Of a stretch of 29,394 nt of DNA, positions 1-7,917 are shown piece by piece. The stretch's first letter is position 1. Each line of letters opens with the position of its first letter. Both the position numbers and the translations under genes were made by a program. Source of the DNA: Vicinamibacterales bacterium (GTDB lineage: Bacteria > Acidobacteriota > Vicinamibacteria > Vicinamibacterales > 2-12-FULL-66-21); NCBI GenBank assembly GCA_035455585.1, contig DATIEW010000150.1, positions 1 through 29,394 of the forward strand, in the 5' to 3' direction. Below the pieces are notes generated by a model. It did not search any database. It worked only from the letters and a program-made list of their open reading frames with translations, and was not told where the DNA came from.

Positions 1-1582
1 CCATGCTGGCGCCCAGCACCGGCGCCTGGGCGATCGTGGCGGCGGCGTACGCGGCGAGCGCCACCAGCGGGGTGACCATCGACATCATCCCGAAATAGAA
101 GATGAACAGGTGTGCGGCGAGCGGAATGACCCCGAGCTGGCCGAGCACGGGGCCGATCAGCGTGGCCAGCAGCAGGTAGCAGACCGTCGAGGGGAGCCCC
201 ATGCCGAGAACGATCGACGAGGCCATGATGATGACGAGCGCGAGCAGCAGGCTCTCTTCGGCCAGCGGCAGGAGCGCGGCAGGGAAGCGCGTGCCGATGC
301 CGGTCAGCGTGACGATGCCGATGATGATCCCGACGCAGGCCGACGCGGCGATGAGCGGAACGGCGTCGCGCGAGGACTTCACGAGCGCCGTCTGCAGGCC
401 GGACCATGAGATCCGCGTGCGGGCGCTGAGGAAGCTCAGGGCCGCGATCACGACCAGCGATACGGTGACGGCGCGGAACGGCGTGTAGCCGACGGCGAGC
501 AGGAGCAGCAGCACGGCGAGCGCGCCGAAGAAAATGGTGCCCTCGATCCGCCGGGCGGCGCTCCCTGCGGCCGCCGCAGGCACCGCGAGGTCGCCCCTGG
601 CCATCATCGACCTGCGCGCGTAGAAGTGCACGTAGAGCAGCAGCGACAGGTAGTACAGGAGCGCTGGCAGCAGTGCCGCCCGGATGATCTCGAGATAAGT
701 CACGGGCGGGTCCACGATTTCGAGCATCATGTAAGCTGCGGCTCCCATCACTGGCGGCATCAGGGCCCCGCCCGAGCTCGCAGCGGCCTGGACACCGGCG
801 GCCGTGTCGGGGCGGAAGCCGGCGCTGCGCATGAGCGGAATCGTGAAGGTGCCGCAAGTTGCGGTGTTCGCCACCGCGCTTCCCGAGAGCGTGCCCATCA
901 GCCCCGCGCTCACGACGCCGACTTTCGCCGGACCGCCGGCGGAGCGGCGGAACGTGCGGGTGGCGAAATCGATGATGAACTCCGTCGCTCCGGTCAGCTC
1001 CAGCAGCGCACCGAGGATGACGAACAGGAACACGTAGCTGAACATCACGCTCAGCGCGACGCCGAACACGCCCTGAGCCTGGAGAAACGCCTGCGCCACA
1101 ATCCGTTCGATCGAGTAGCCCCGGTGGGGGAAGAGCCAGTCGGGCAGCGCCGATCCCCAGTAGGCGTAGGCGAGAAACAGCACTGAGAGCACCGGCAGCG
1201 CGGCGCCGATGGTCCGCCGCGCCGCCTCGAGCACGAGCAGGAGGCCGACGGTCCCGACGATGACGTCGGCAGTGGTCTCGAATCCCGCGCGGTTGCCGAG
1301 CGACTGTCCGGTGAGCCACCACCGCTCGAACGCCGGCTCGGTCTGAGTGACGACGAAGCCGCACACGAGCACCGTGAGCGCCGCGAGCAGCCAGTCGAGC
1401 GCCCGGCCGGGATTCTCCTTCCGCCAGCTCTTGCGCGCGGGGACCGTGAGGAACCCGATGACGAGTCCCAGCGCGGCGAAGATCGCGAGCTGGGCGTGCG
1501 GCGTGAGCCGCGGGTAGTTCACCTCCAGCAGCGTGAAGCCGCAGAGGATCAGGCTGAGCGCGCGGACGAGAAATGCAAGCAC
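1..1582 (-). CDS. TRAP transporter fused 4TM/12TM permease (TAXI-type DctQM); C-terminal part runs off the left edge of the window
   Basis: Open minus-strand frame from GTG 1582, translated by hand because it is absent from the ORF track: VLAFLVRALSLILCGFTLLEVNYPRLTPHAQLAIFAALG...HRGYSIERIVAQ...GVFGVALSVMFSYVFLFVILGALLELTGATEFIIDFA...GGPAKVGVVSAGLMGTLSGSAVANTATCGTFTIPLMRSAGF...AAASSGGALMPPVMGAAAYMM...IFYFGMMSMVTPLVALAAYAAA. These are hallmark TRAP fused-permease motifs. It starts 5 nt after the TAXI stop codon. Confidence 0.93.
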   Translation of the reverse strand, partial: MLAFLVRALSLILCGFTLLEVNYPRLTPHAQLAIFAALGLVIGFLTVPARKSWRKENPGRALDWLLAALTVLVCGFVVTQTEPAFERWWLTGQSLGNRAGFETTADVIVGTVGLLLVLEAARRTIGAALPVLSVLFLAYAYWGSALPDWLFPHRGYSIERIVAQAFLQAQGVFGVALSVMFSYVFLFVILGALLELTGATEFIIDFATRTFRRSAGGPAKVGVVSAGLMGTLSGSAVANTATCGTFTIPLMRSAGFRPDTAAGVQAAASSGGALMPPVMGAAAYMMLEIVDPPVTYLEIIRAALLPALLYYLSLLLYVHFYARRSMMARGDLAVPAAAAGSAARRIEGTIFFGALAVLLLLLAVGYTPFRAVTVSLVVIAALSFLSARTRISWSGLQTALVKSSRDAVPLIAASACVGIIIGIVTLTGIGTRFPAALLPLAEESLLLALVIIMASSIVLGMGLPSTVCYLLLATLIGPVLGQLGVIPLAAHLFIFYFGMMSMVTPLVALAAYAAATIAQAPVLGASM

Positions 1583-1587
1583 TATGG

Positions 1588-2568
1588 TCAGTCGCGCCAG
1601 ATCCCGATCTCGCGATAGTACCGGATGGCCCCTGCGTGGAACTCCGTGCCCGTGTCGCGTACTACGTTCTTCGGATTGATGGCGTTTCCGGCGGCATGCC
1701 GCTGGACGACCTGTTCGCGGTTCTCGTAGAGCGCCTTCGTCACCCGATAGACGAGATCCGCATCCTGGTCGGCGGCGGTGATGATGTGCATCGAGCCTAC
1801 GTCCAGGCCGTGGAAATCCGCCGTCTGGCCCCGGTAGGTGCCGGCGGGGATTACGGCTCTGTCGAAGAACACGTACGCCGCGGCGAGCTTCGCCACGGCC
1901 TCCTCGTCGAACGGCACGAAGAAGATGTCCATCGAGGCGGACGCCTGCGTGATGGACGCCGTCGGGACGGCGCCGCCGATGAATGCCGCCGCCGCCGAAC
2001 CGTCGGTCAGCATGTCCACAGCCGACGACTGCGTCGCGTTGAGCGGCGTGAAGTCCGCATACGTGACGCCGTGCGCCTCGAGGAGCGGCTTGACGAAGTA
2101 CTCGAACCCTGCGCCGGCCGGGCCGACGACGACCCGCTTGCCCTTCAGATCGGCGATCCGTGTGATGCGGGAGCCGGTCCTCGTAATGAAGAGCGCCACG
2201 TTCGGCGCGAGCGTCATGACCGCCCGCATCGGATACGCGCGGTCCCACCCCTCCGTGCCGCGCACGGCGAAGTAGGTGATCGCGGCGTTCGACAGCGCGA
2301 AGTCCAGCTCGCCGGTCGAAAGGCGCCGGATGTTCTCCTGCGAGCCGCTCGTCGACTCGCCCGTGACGTTCCACCCCTCCTCGGTCCGGGCGTTCAGCAC
2401 CTCGGTCAGCGCGCCGCCGACGACGAAGAACGCTCCTCCGGGGGGAGCGGTGCCGAAGCTCAGGAAGGCCCGCCCGCCGCCTGCCCCCGGCGCCTCGGAC
2501 CGGCCTCCACAGGAGGCTGCAATGGCGGCAGCGACCACGATCGCACAGAGACGGACAGCACGCGACAT
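1588..2568 (-). CDS. TAXI-family TRAP solute-binding protein, predicted lipoprotein
   Basis: 326 aa. FGTAPPGGAFF...STSGSQENIRRL...ELDFAL, DLKGKRVVVGPAGAG, FHAGAIRYYREIG are typical of TAXI proteins. Lipobox-like IAAS-C after a hydrophobic stretch. GGAGG upstream of the start. Confidence 0.93.
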   Translation of the reverse strand: MSRAVRLCAIVVAAAIAASCGGRSEAPGAGGGRAFLSFGTAPPGGAFFVVGGALTEVLNARTEEGWNVTGESTSGSQENIRRLSTGELDFALSNAAITYFAVRGTEGWDRAYPMRAVMTLAPNVALFITRTGSRITRIADLKGKRVVVGPAGAGFEYFVKPLLEAHGVTYADFTPLNATQSSAVDMLTDGSAAAAFIGGAVPTASITQASASMDIFFVPFDEEAVAKLAAAYVFFDRAVIPAGTYRGQTADFHGLDVGSMHIITAADQDADLVYRVTKALYENREQVVQRHAAGNAINPKNVVRDTGTEFHAGAIRYYREIGIWRD

Positions 2569-2595
2569 CAGCTCGAACCTCCAGCCAGGCGCAAT

Positions 2596-2611
2596 CGCCT
2601 ATGTTAAGGCG
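2596..2611 (-). promoter_or_regulatory. Candidate -10 hexamer (TAACAT, minus strand) of the TAXI operon, flanked by a 5-bp inverted repeat CGCCT/AGGCG
   Basis: Plus strand reads CGCCT-ATGTTA-AGGCG at 2596-2611, about 30 nt upstream of the TAXI ATG. Confidence 0.35.
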
Positions 2612-2659
2612 GTCGTGTCTCTTTTCCCACCCCCCTTTTCCTTGTCCCGGACCTCGGCA

Positions 2660-2665
2660 TAGAAT
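2660..2665 (+). promoter_or_regulatory. Candidate sigma70 -10 hexamer (TAGAAT) for the kinase-like gene
   Basis: TAGAAT lies 24 nt upstream of GTG 2690, with AAGGAGG SD in between. No convincing -35. Confidence 0.45.
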
Positions 2666-2689
2666 GGCCACGTTTCCAAGGAGGGAGCC

Positions 2690-3517
2690 GTGCACTTTCG
2701 CCAGCGAATCACCCTGACCGCGTTGTGCCTCGGGCTGCCTGCCTTCTGGCCGGCGCCGGCGGCCCAGTCCTCCGGCGCAACCCAGGCGGCCTCCACCGAG
2801 AGCGCCAAGACGTGGATCGAGCGCCGCGCGGAGATCGAGGAGTACCTCAAGACCGCCAAGGTCGTGAAGCTCACAGACATCGGTGTCGGCGTCACCAACC
2901 CGAAGCGGGCAGACCTCGAGCCGGGCGGGCTTGTCGCCGCCATGGCCTGGAAGCCGATCCGCCCCGGGATCTACAGCGGGTTCTGGGAGAGCTACAAGTC
3001 CGAGATCGCCGCCTACGAGCTGGACAAACTGCTCGGACTCGACATGATCCCGCCGACGGTCGAGCGGCGGGTCAACAACGACACCGGGGCGGCCGTCATG
3101 TGGGCGGCGCCCACGAAGAGCTTCAAAGAGCTCGGCGGACTGCCCAAGAACGTGCCGGCAGAGCATTTCGTATCGTGGAACCGGCAACTCACCATCGCGA
3201 AGATGTTCGACAATCTCATCTACAACAAGGATCCCAACCTCGGGAACTGGCTCGTCGACCCCGCATGGAACCTCATCCTGATCGACCACACCAGGGCTTT
3301 CACGTCGAGCCGCGACATGGTTCACGAGATGACGCGGATTGACGCGGAGTTGTGGGATCGGATGAAGGCGCTGACCGAGGAGAGCCTGAAGGCCGCCATC
3401 GGCAATTGGATGGGAGGCCGCGAGCTTCGCGCGATCCTGCAACGTCGCGACCGGATGCAGCAGATCATCGACAAGATGGTGGCCGAGAGGGGTGCCGCGA
3501 GCGTCTTCGTGAAGTAG
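2690..3517 (+). CDS. Exported atypical kinase-like protein (PI3K/PI4K-II / actin-fragmin / Fam20-like fold)
   Basis: 275 aa. N-terminal signal peptide, Gly loop DIGVGVT, beta3 Lys (AWK88P), alphaC Glu (SE105IAAYELDKLLGLDMIPPTVER), catalytic loop D181PNLGN186, metal-binding ID199H. Strong SD AAGGAGG. Confidence 0.72.
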   Translation: MHFRQRITLTALCLGLPAFWPAPAAQSSGATQAASTESAKTWIERRAEIEEYLKTAKVVKLTDIGVGVTNPKRADLEPGGLVAAMAWKPIRPGIYSGFWESYKSEIAAYELDKLLGLDMIPPTVERRVNNDTGAAVMWAAPTKSFKELGGLPKNVPAEHFVSWNRQLTIAKMFDNLIYNKDPNLGNWLVDPAWNLILIDHTRAFTSSRDMVHEMTRIDAELWDRMKALTEESLKAAIGNWMGGRELRAILQRRDRMQQIIDKMVAERGAASVFVK

Positions 3518-3557
3518 GCGAGATTCTTGTCCCTTCTCCCTTCGGGTTGCGCCGCGG

Positions 3558-4787
3558 TCAGCGGCCGCTGGCCGATTCGGCAAGCCCGTCGGTCCCCGCC
3601 AGTACGTTCCGGCCATCGTCGTAGATGGCCGTGATCCTGTCCCCGGAGATCTCGAGCGCGGAGGGTCTCCCGCCCTTGTAGTGCGTCGACAGCATTCCGG
3701 TGTCGATCAGATAGACCTGCCGCTCGAACCTCGGCTGAATCCGCATGGACGACAGCACGGTGTGGCCGACCACGAAACGGCGTGCGTGGTATTTCTCGAG
3801 GAGCTGAGCCACCTGGGGCGCGCCTTCCGCGGACGTCCACGTGCCGAAGCCGCGGAACCAGAGCGGCCCGTTGGGGTTGACCAGCGCCCACGCGGCGATG
3901 CGAACGACCCCCTGGAGCACGTCGAGGTGGCGCTGGTCGAGATCCGCGGGGAGCGGTTCACGGTCGGCTGACGCGGCAAGCGCCTGGAGTTCCGCCCGGG
4001 CGGCCTCCACGACCTCCTGGAGCGTGAAGAAGGGCAGGATCAGACCGCGGCTCGTCATGTGCCGCACGTACTCGTCGAACTGCCGGATCTCGCGCTGGAC
4101 CTGCTTGTTGAGGTCTTCGATCTTGTCGGGCGCCATCTGCGGATGGATACCGCCGTGCAGGAAGATCGTCTCGCCGAGCTGCAGGACTGCGGGGCGCTCG
4201 CGCAGCCATCGGCCGTAGCGGCCAGAGGGCGACATCGCGGTGCGGTACTCCAGGAATCCCGGAGGATGCGCCGCCATCCACTCGTCGCGGCCGAGGGTCG
4301 AGGGGGCGCCGCTTCGGAGCCGGGCCGCGCGAGCCTTTCCGTGCCGTTCGTAGCGCCTCCACGCATCCTCGCGACGCCGTTCGGACTCGGCGTCCGCGAA
4401 CGTGGCGAAGATCTCCGGCGTCACGTCCCGCGTCTCTCCGAGCAGGTTCATGGCTTCGTGATTGCCCAGCAGGACGTACGCGCGGCCGCCGGCCGCGGAG
4501 GCGCGCTCCTCCAGGCTCATCAGCAGATCCATGACCTGCTGGACGCCGGACCCGCGATCGGTGAAGTCCCCGGTCTGGACGAACGTTGCTCGACTGCCCG
4601 CAGTCCATGCGCCGGAGCCGTCGGTCAGTCCGACCCGTTCCAGGAGGTCGCTCAGCTGTTCGAAGGCGCCGTGAATGTCGCCCACGGCGACGATTCTCCC
4701 TGTCGGACGAGCCGGTTGGCCGGACGCCGCCAGGGCCGCGGTTCCAAGCAGGACGCCGAGTACGACGCGCACGTATCGAGCCGCCAT
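3558..4787 (-). CDS. Exported calcineurin-like metallophosphoesterase (Shewanella-like phosphatase type)
   Basis: Start reassigned to ATG 4787 (409 aa, signal peptide MAARYVRVVLGVLLGTAALAASG). All PPP-type motifs are present: GDIHG, GDFTDRG, GNHE, HGG, GPLWFRG, GHT, IDTG. Confidence 0.9.
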   Translation of the reverse strand: MAARYVRVVLGVLLGTAALAASGQPARPTGRIVAVGDIHGAFEQLSDLLERVGLTDGSGAWTAGSRATFVQTGDFTDRGSGVQQVMDLLMSLEERASAAGGRAYVLLGNHEAMNLLGETRDVTPEIFATFADAESERRREDAWRRYERHGKARAARLRSGAPSTLGRDEWMAAHPPGFLEYRTAMSPSGRYGRWLRERPAVLQLGETIFLHGGIHPQMAPDKIEDLNKQVQREIRQFDEYVRHMTSRGLILPFFTLQEVVEAARAELQALAASADREPLPADLDQRHLDVLQGVVRIAAWALVNPNGPLWFRGFGTWTSAEGAPQVAQLLEKYHARRFVVGHTVLSSMRIQPRFERQVYLIDTGMLSTHYKGGRPSALEISGDRITAIYDDGRNVLAGTDGLAESASGR

Positions 4788-4918
4788 CAGTCGAGTTTGT
4801 CCCCGCAAGCGCGAAGCCACGCGCATACTCTTCCGACGCCGGAACGGGCGTCGGCGTTTCGTGGGTCCGGGAAGTAATCGACTCGGGTTCCGGCCAGCCG
4901 GCCGCCGGCCGCGGACTG

Positions 4919-4943
4919 GCTTCCGCCTGAAGGCGGAAGCTAC
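4919..4943 (-). repeat. REP-like palindrome with a GTAG end (GTAG-CTTCCGCC-TTCA-GGCGGAAGC)
   Basis: Perfect 9-bp stem GCTTCCGCC/GGCGGAAGC with a 4-nt loop at 4919-4940. The minus strand begins GTAG, the tetranucleotide typical of RAYT-associated REPs. Single copy in this window. Confidence 0.6.
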
Positions 4944-4966
4944 GGACTCGGACACGCTCTTTCAAC

Positions 4967-5464
4967 TCACTCCAGCATATCGATTTCGGTACGCTCTTCG
5001 GCCGAGGGCCGCAGCCTCGGGTTCCGCGCGAGCAGGCGCACGCACGCGTTCCACCGCAGCAGCGCATCGTCGTTGCCCGGCGGCCGAATCGCCTCCGCGC
5101 GTTCGTAGCTCGTCATGGCCTCGCGCAGCCAGTCGAACGCGCCGCTGGTGGCGCCGCCGGCGCGCGCAAGCTGGGCTTTGGCGCGCCGCTCGGCGATGAT
5201 GCCGGCGTAGTACGCACGTTCGTATTCACCGGTGACGCCGGAGAGCACCTCGCGCGCGCGGTGATAGGCGTGCCCGTCATCGGCGAACTGGTCGGTGAGC
5301 GACAGCAGCAACGCGATCCGGGCCGCCTGATTGCCGGGCTCGATCTCGAGCACGTCGAGGCAGATGCTTTCAGCCTCTCCCGGTTCGTTCAACAGGCGGT
5401 ACCGCTCGGCCTTCAGCAGCGCCGTGTCGATGGCGTCCTTGTGCAGCGGCTTGAGTGCGAACAT
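4967..5464 (-). CDS. Hypothetical all-helical (TPR-like) cytoplasmic protein
   Basis: Start reassigned to ATG 5464 (GGAGG 6 nt upstream; 165 aa). MFALKPLHKDAIDTALLKAERYRLLNEPGEAESICLDVLEIEPGNQAARIALLLSLTDQF has TPR-like helix-pair spacing. Confidence 0.7.
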   Translation of the reverse strand: MFALKPLHKDAIDTALLKAERYRLLNEPGEAESICLDVLEIEPGNQAARIALLLSLTDQFADDGHAYHRAREVLSGVTGEYERAYYAGIIAERRAKAQLARAGGATSGAFDWLREAMTSYERAEAIRPPGNDDALLRWNACVRLLARNPRLRPSAEERTEIDMLE

Positions 5465-5677
5465 GACTGGCCTCCCTGATCCGTTTCTCGCGGCCCGGGC
5501 TCGCGGCGCACTCGCACGCGCTGCCGGCTGGAACTCCATCACGAAAAATCAGGCAAGTCTACCAAGCGAGGGGTCCTCTCGTCCTGGGGGTGTCCGGGCA
5601 CCGAGTCAACGCCCCAGCTCCAACTCCCAGGCACTCAACGTCCTCTCTGGAACCTGAGGTGCCTTCTGCCGCGGCGT

Positions 5678-6373
5678 TCAGTCGAACTCGCCGCCCGCGA
5701 TCCTCCGCGCCAGCTCGTCCAGCGACGCCACCCGCGGGCAGTCCGCGTCGGGCCTGAGATTCGCCTCGTCGAACAGCACGCCGCGCAGGCCTGCGCTGCG
5801 CGCGCCGGCGATGTCGACGTGGTAGAGGTCGCCCACGTGAACCGTCGTGTCGCGGCTGGCCCCGCTGCGGGCAAGCGCAATCTCGAAGAACCGGGGGTCC
5901 GGCTTTTCCACGCCCTCATCGGCGGAATCGAGCACGTGATCGAAACGACCCGCGAGCCCGAGCCTGGCGACGTGCGCTCGCAGCGTGCCGTTGGCGTTGG
6001 AGACGACGACGAGCCGCAGGCCTCTGGCGTGCAGGTTGTCCAGCGCGCTCACGACGCCGTCCGGCACCCACTCCCACAGGTTGCTGGTCGTGTGGTAGGT
6101 ATGCAGCTCATCGAGCGCACTGCTCGTCCGATCGGACAGCTCGACGCCCGCCATCGCGAGGACGAGATCGAAGTACAGCCACCCGCGGCTGGCATCGGTG
6201 CTCGACCCGACCGTGCGCAGGTCATCCAGGTGCCGGCGCGCCCGCGGATCGGCAGCCCGCAGCGTTTCGGGCGGTACCGCCACGCCGTGCCTGGCCAGAA
6301 CGTCGGAGATGCGCCACCAGTTGGGATGCATCAGGACGCCGCCCGCGTCGAGGAAGAGCGTCTCGAGAGGCAT
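5678..6373 (-). CDS. HAD-superfamily hydrolase, subfamily IA
   Basis: 231 aa. Motif I FLDAGGVL, motif II VVSNA, motif III EKPD, motif [15 protein letters not shown]. Confidence 0.92.
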   Translation of the reverse strand: MPLETLFLDAGGVLMHPNWWRISDVLARHGVAVPPETLRAADPRARRHLDDLRTVGSSTDASRGWLYFDLVLAMAGVELSDRTSSALDELHTYHTTSNLWEWVPDGVVSALDNLHARGLRLVVVSNANGTLRAHVARLGLAGRFDHVLDSADEGVEKPDPRFFEIALARSGASRDTTVHVGDLYHVDIAGARSAGLRGVLFDEANLRPDADCPRVASLDELARRIAGGEFD

Positions 6374-6379
6374 TCTGCG

Positions 6380-6385
6380 AGTCTA
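6380..6385 (-). promoter_or_regulatory. Candidate -10 (TAGACT) of a leaderless promoter for the HAD gene
   Basis: Minus-strand TAGACT ends 6 nt before ATG 6373. No SD present. Confidence 0.55.
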
Positions 6386-6390
6386 CAGCG

Positions 6391-6418
6391 AACTCCCAAT
6401 CGCCAACTCCCAACTCCC
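6391..6418 (-). repeat. Degenerate inverted arm of the GGGAGTT heptamer (AACTCCC x~4 on the plus strand)
   Basis: Plus strand reads AACTCCCAATCGCCAACTCCCAACTCCC, the reverse complement of the downstream array. Confidence 0.85.
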
Positions 6419-6443
6419 GGCACCGATAACACCTCGGAGATGC

Positions 6444-6546
6444 GAGTTGGGAGTTGGGAATTGGGAATTGGGAGTTGGGAATTGGGAGTTGGGAGTTGGG
6501 AGTTGGGAGTTGGGAATTGGGAGTTGGGAGTTGGGAATTGGGAGTT
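6444..6546 (+). repeat. Tandem array of 14 heptamers GGGA(G/A)TT
   Basis: Counted by hand: 14 full units at 6449-6546 plus a partial GAGTT. Position-5 pattern is G,A,A,G,A,G,G,G,G,A,G,G,A,G. No spacers. Confidence 0.97.
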
Positions 6547-6570
6547 GACATTTCGGCATGCTGCTAGACT
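6545..6570 (+). promoter_or_regulatory. Candidate promoter of the GT4 operon: TTGACA (6545-6550) and extended -10 TGcTAGACT (6562-6570), leaderless
   Basis: TAGACT ends 6 nt before GTG 6577, with no SD. TTGACA is only 14 nt from the -10, which is short, so the -35 assignment is doubtful. Confidence 0.55.
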
Positions 6571-6576
6571 GAGCCC

Positions 6577-7875
6577 GTGCGGATTCTGTCGTTCACGGGC
6601 GGTGCCGGCGGCATGTACTGCGGCAGCTGCCTGCGGGACAACGCGCTCGCGGCCGAGCTGCTCGCACGCGGCAACGAGGTCGTGCTGACGCCGGTCTACA
6701 CGCCCACCCGCACCGACGAGCGCAACGTCAGCCAGCATCACGTGTTCTTTGGCGGCATCAGCGTGTTCCTCGAGCAGCACTCGTGGCTGTTCCGGCACAC
6801 GCCCCGGTTCGTCGATCGTCTCTGGGACGCCGAGTGGATCATCAGGATGGCGTCCAGACGCCAAATCAAGGTGGATCCGAAGGGACTCGGCGAGCTGACC
6901 GTTTCGATGCTCCGCGGCGAACAGGGATTCCAGCGGAAGGAGATCGCCAAGCTGCTGGCCTGGTTGACGTCGGAGCCGCGGTTCGATGTGATCAACCTGC
7001 CGTACACGCTGCTGCTCGGTGTCGCCGAACCCCTTCGCCGTACGCTTGGCGTGCCAATCTGCTGCACGCTGCAGGGCGAGGACCTCTTTCTCGACGGCCT
7101 GGGCGAGCCGTACAGGCAGCAGTCGATGGAGCTCATCCAGGCCGCGAGCGTGCACGTGGATGCGTTTCTGCCCGTGAGCCGCTACTACCTGGAATACATG
7201 CCCGGCTATCTCGGCCTTCCGCCGGAGAAGATGCGTCTCGTGCCGATCGGGATCAACCTCGAGGGCTACATGCCCGCCAGCGCGCGGCCGAGTCGCGATC
7301 CCTTCACGATCGGCTACCTGGCCCGCGTCGCTCCGGAGAAGGGCCTCCACGTCCTGGCCGAGGCGTACCGCATCCTGCGATCGCGGCCGGGCGTCGGCCG
7401 TTCGAGGCTCGTTGCGGCAGGCTACCTCGCGCCCGAGCATCAGGGATATCTCGACGGCGTCCGCAGGAGTCTCGAACAGTGGGGGATCGCCGGGGAGTTC
7501 GAGTACGTTGGTGAGGTCGATCGCGCGCACAAGATCGCGTTTCTACAGAACCTCGATGTCCTGTCGGTGCCCGCGACGTACCAGGAGCCGAAGGGTTTCT
7601 TCCTGCTCGAAGCCATGGCCACCGGCGTACCGGTCGTCCAGCCGCGCCGCGGCGCCTTTCCCGAGATCGTCGAGACCACCGGCGGCGGCCTCATCGTCGA
7701 AGCCGACAATCCGGACGCCCTGGCTGACGGGCTGCTGGAGCTGTGGCGCGACCCGGAACGCGCGGCCGCGCTCGGCAGGGCCGGCGCCGCTGGCGTGAAG
7801 GAACACTACACAGCAGGGCGGATGGCCGAAGAGGCCGAATCCGTCTACCGTGTGCTGAGTACGCGGAGACTCTGA
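6577..7875 (+). CDS. Glycosyltransferase family 4 (GT-B fold)
   Basis: 432 aa. [17 protein letters not shown], retaining-GT E-x7-E motif (EPKGFFLLE), [17 protein letters not shown]. Unusual N-terminal YCGSC. Confidence 0.93.
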   Translation: MRILSFTGGAGGMYCGSCLRDNALAAELLARGNEVVLTPVYTPTRTDERNVSQHHVFFGGISVFLEQHSWLFRHTPRFVDRLWDAEWIIRMASRRQIKVDPKGLGELTVSMLRGEQGFQRKEIAKLLAWLTSEPRFDVINLPYTLLLGVAEPLRRTLGVPICCTLQGEDLFLDGLGEPYRQQSMELIQAASVHVDAFLPVSRYYLEYMPGYLGLPPEKMRLVPIGINLEGYMPASARPSRDPFTIGYLARVAPEKGLHVLAEAYRILRSRPGVGRSRLVAAGYLAPEHQGYLDGVRRSLEQWGIAGEFEYVGEVDRAHKIAFLQNLDVLSVPATYQEPKGFFLLEAMATGVPVVQPRRGAFPEIVETTGGGLIVEADNPDALADGLLELWRDPERAAALGRAGAAGVKEHYTAGRMAEEAESVYRVLSTRRL

Positions 7876-7917
7876 GCCGATGTCTCCATCGTTCACGAAC
7901 GATCCGGATAGACGCGT

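Noticed and set aside
3558-5542. Longer starts given by the ORF track (4955, 5542; likewise 12067, 14680, 15210, 14948, 18479, 18813, 21405, 27119)
   Set aside because: The extensions are low-complexity, cross hairpins, repeats or neighbouring genes, and bury signal peptides. Downstream starts have better SD and domain boundaries.
6444-6546. Possible CRISPR array
   Set aside because: Units are 7 bp and contiguous with no unique spacers, and there are no cas genes in the window.
6545-6550. TTGACA as a canonical -35 box
   Set aside because: The spacing to TAGACT is 14 nt rather than 16-18, so it is not accepted as canonical. The extended -10 alone can explain the promoter.
6198-6688. ORFs encoding NSQLPTP / GSWELGV / GNGQWA peptide repeats
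   Set aside because: These are translations of the intergenic heptamer arrays, overlapping real genes and promoters. There is no evidence they are proteins.
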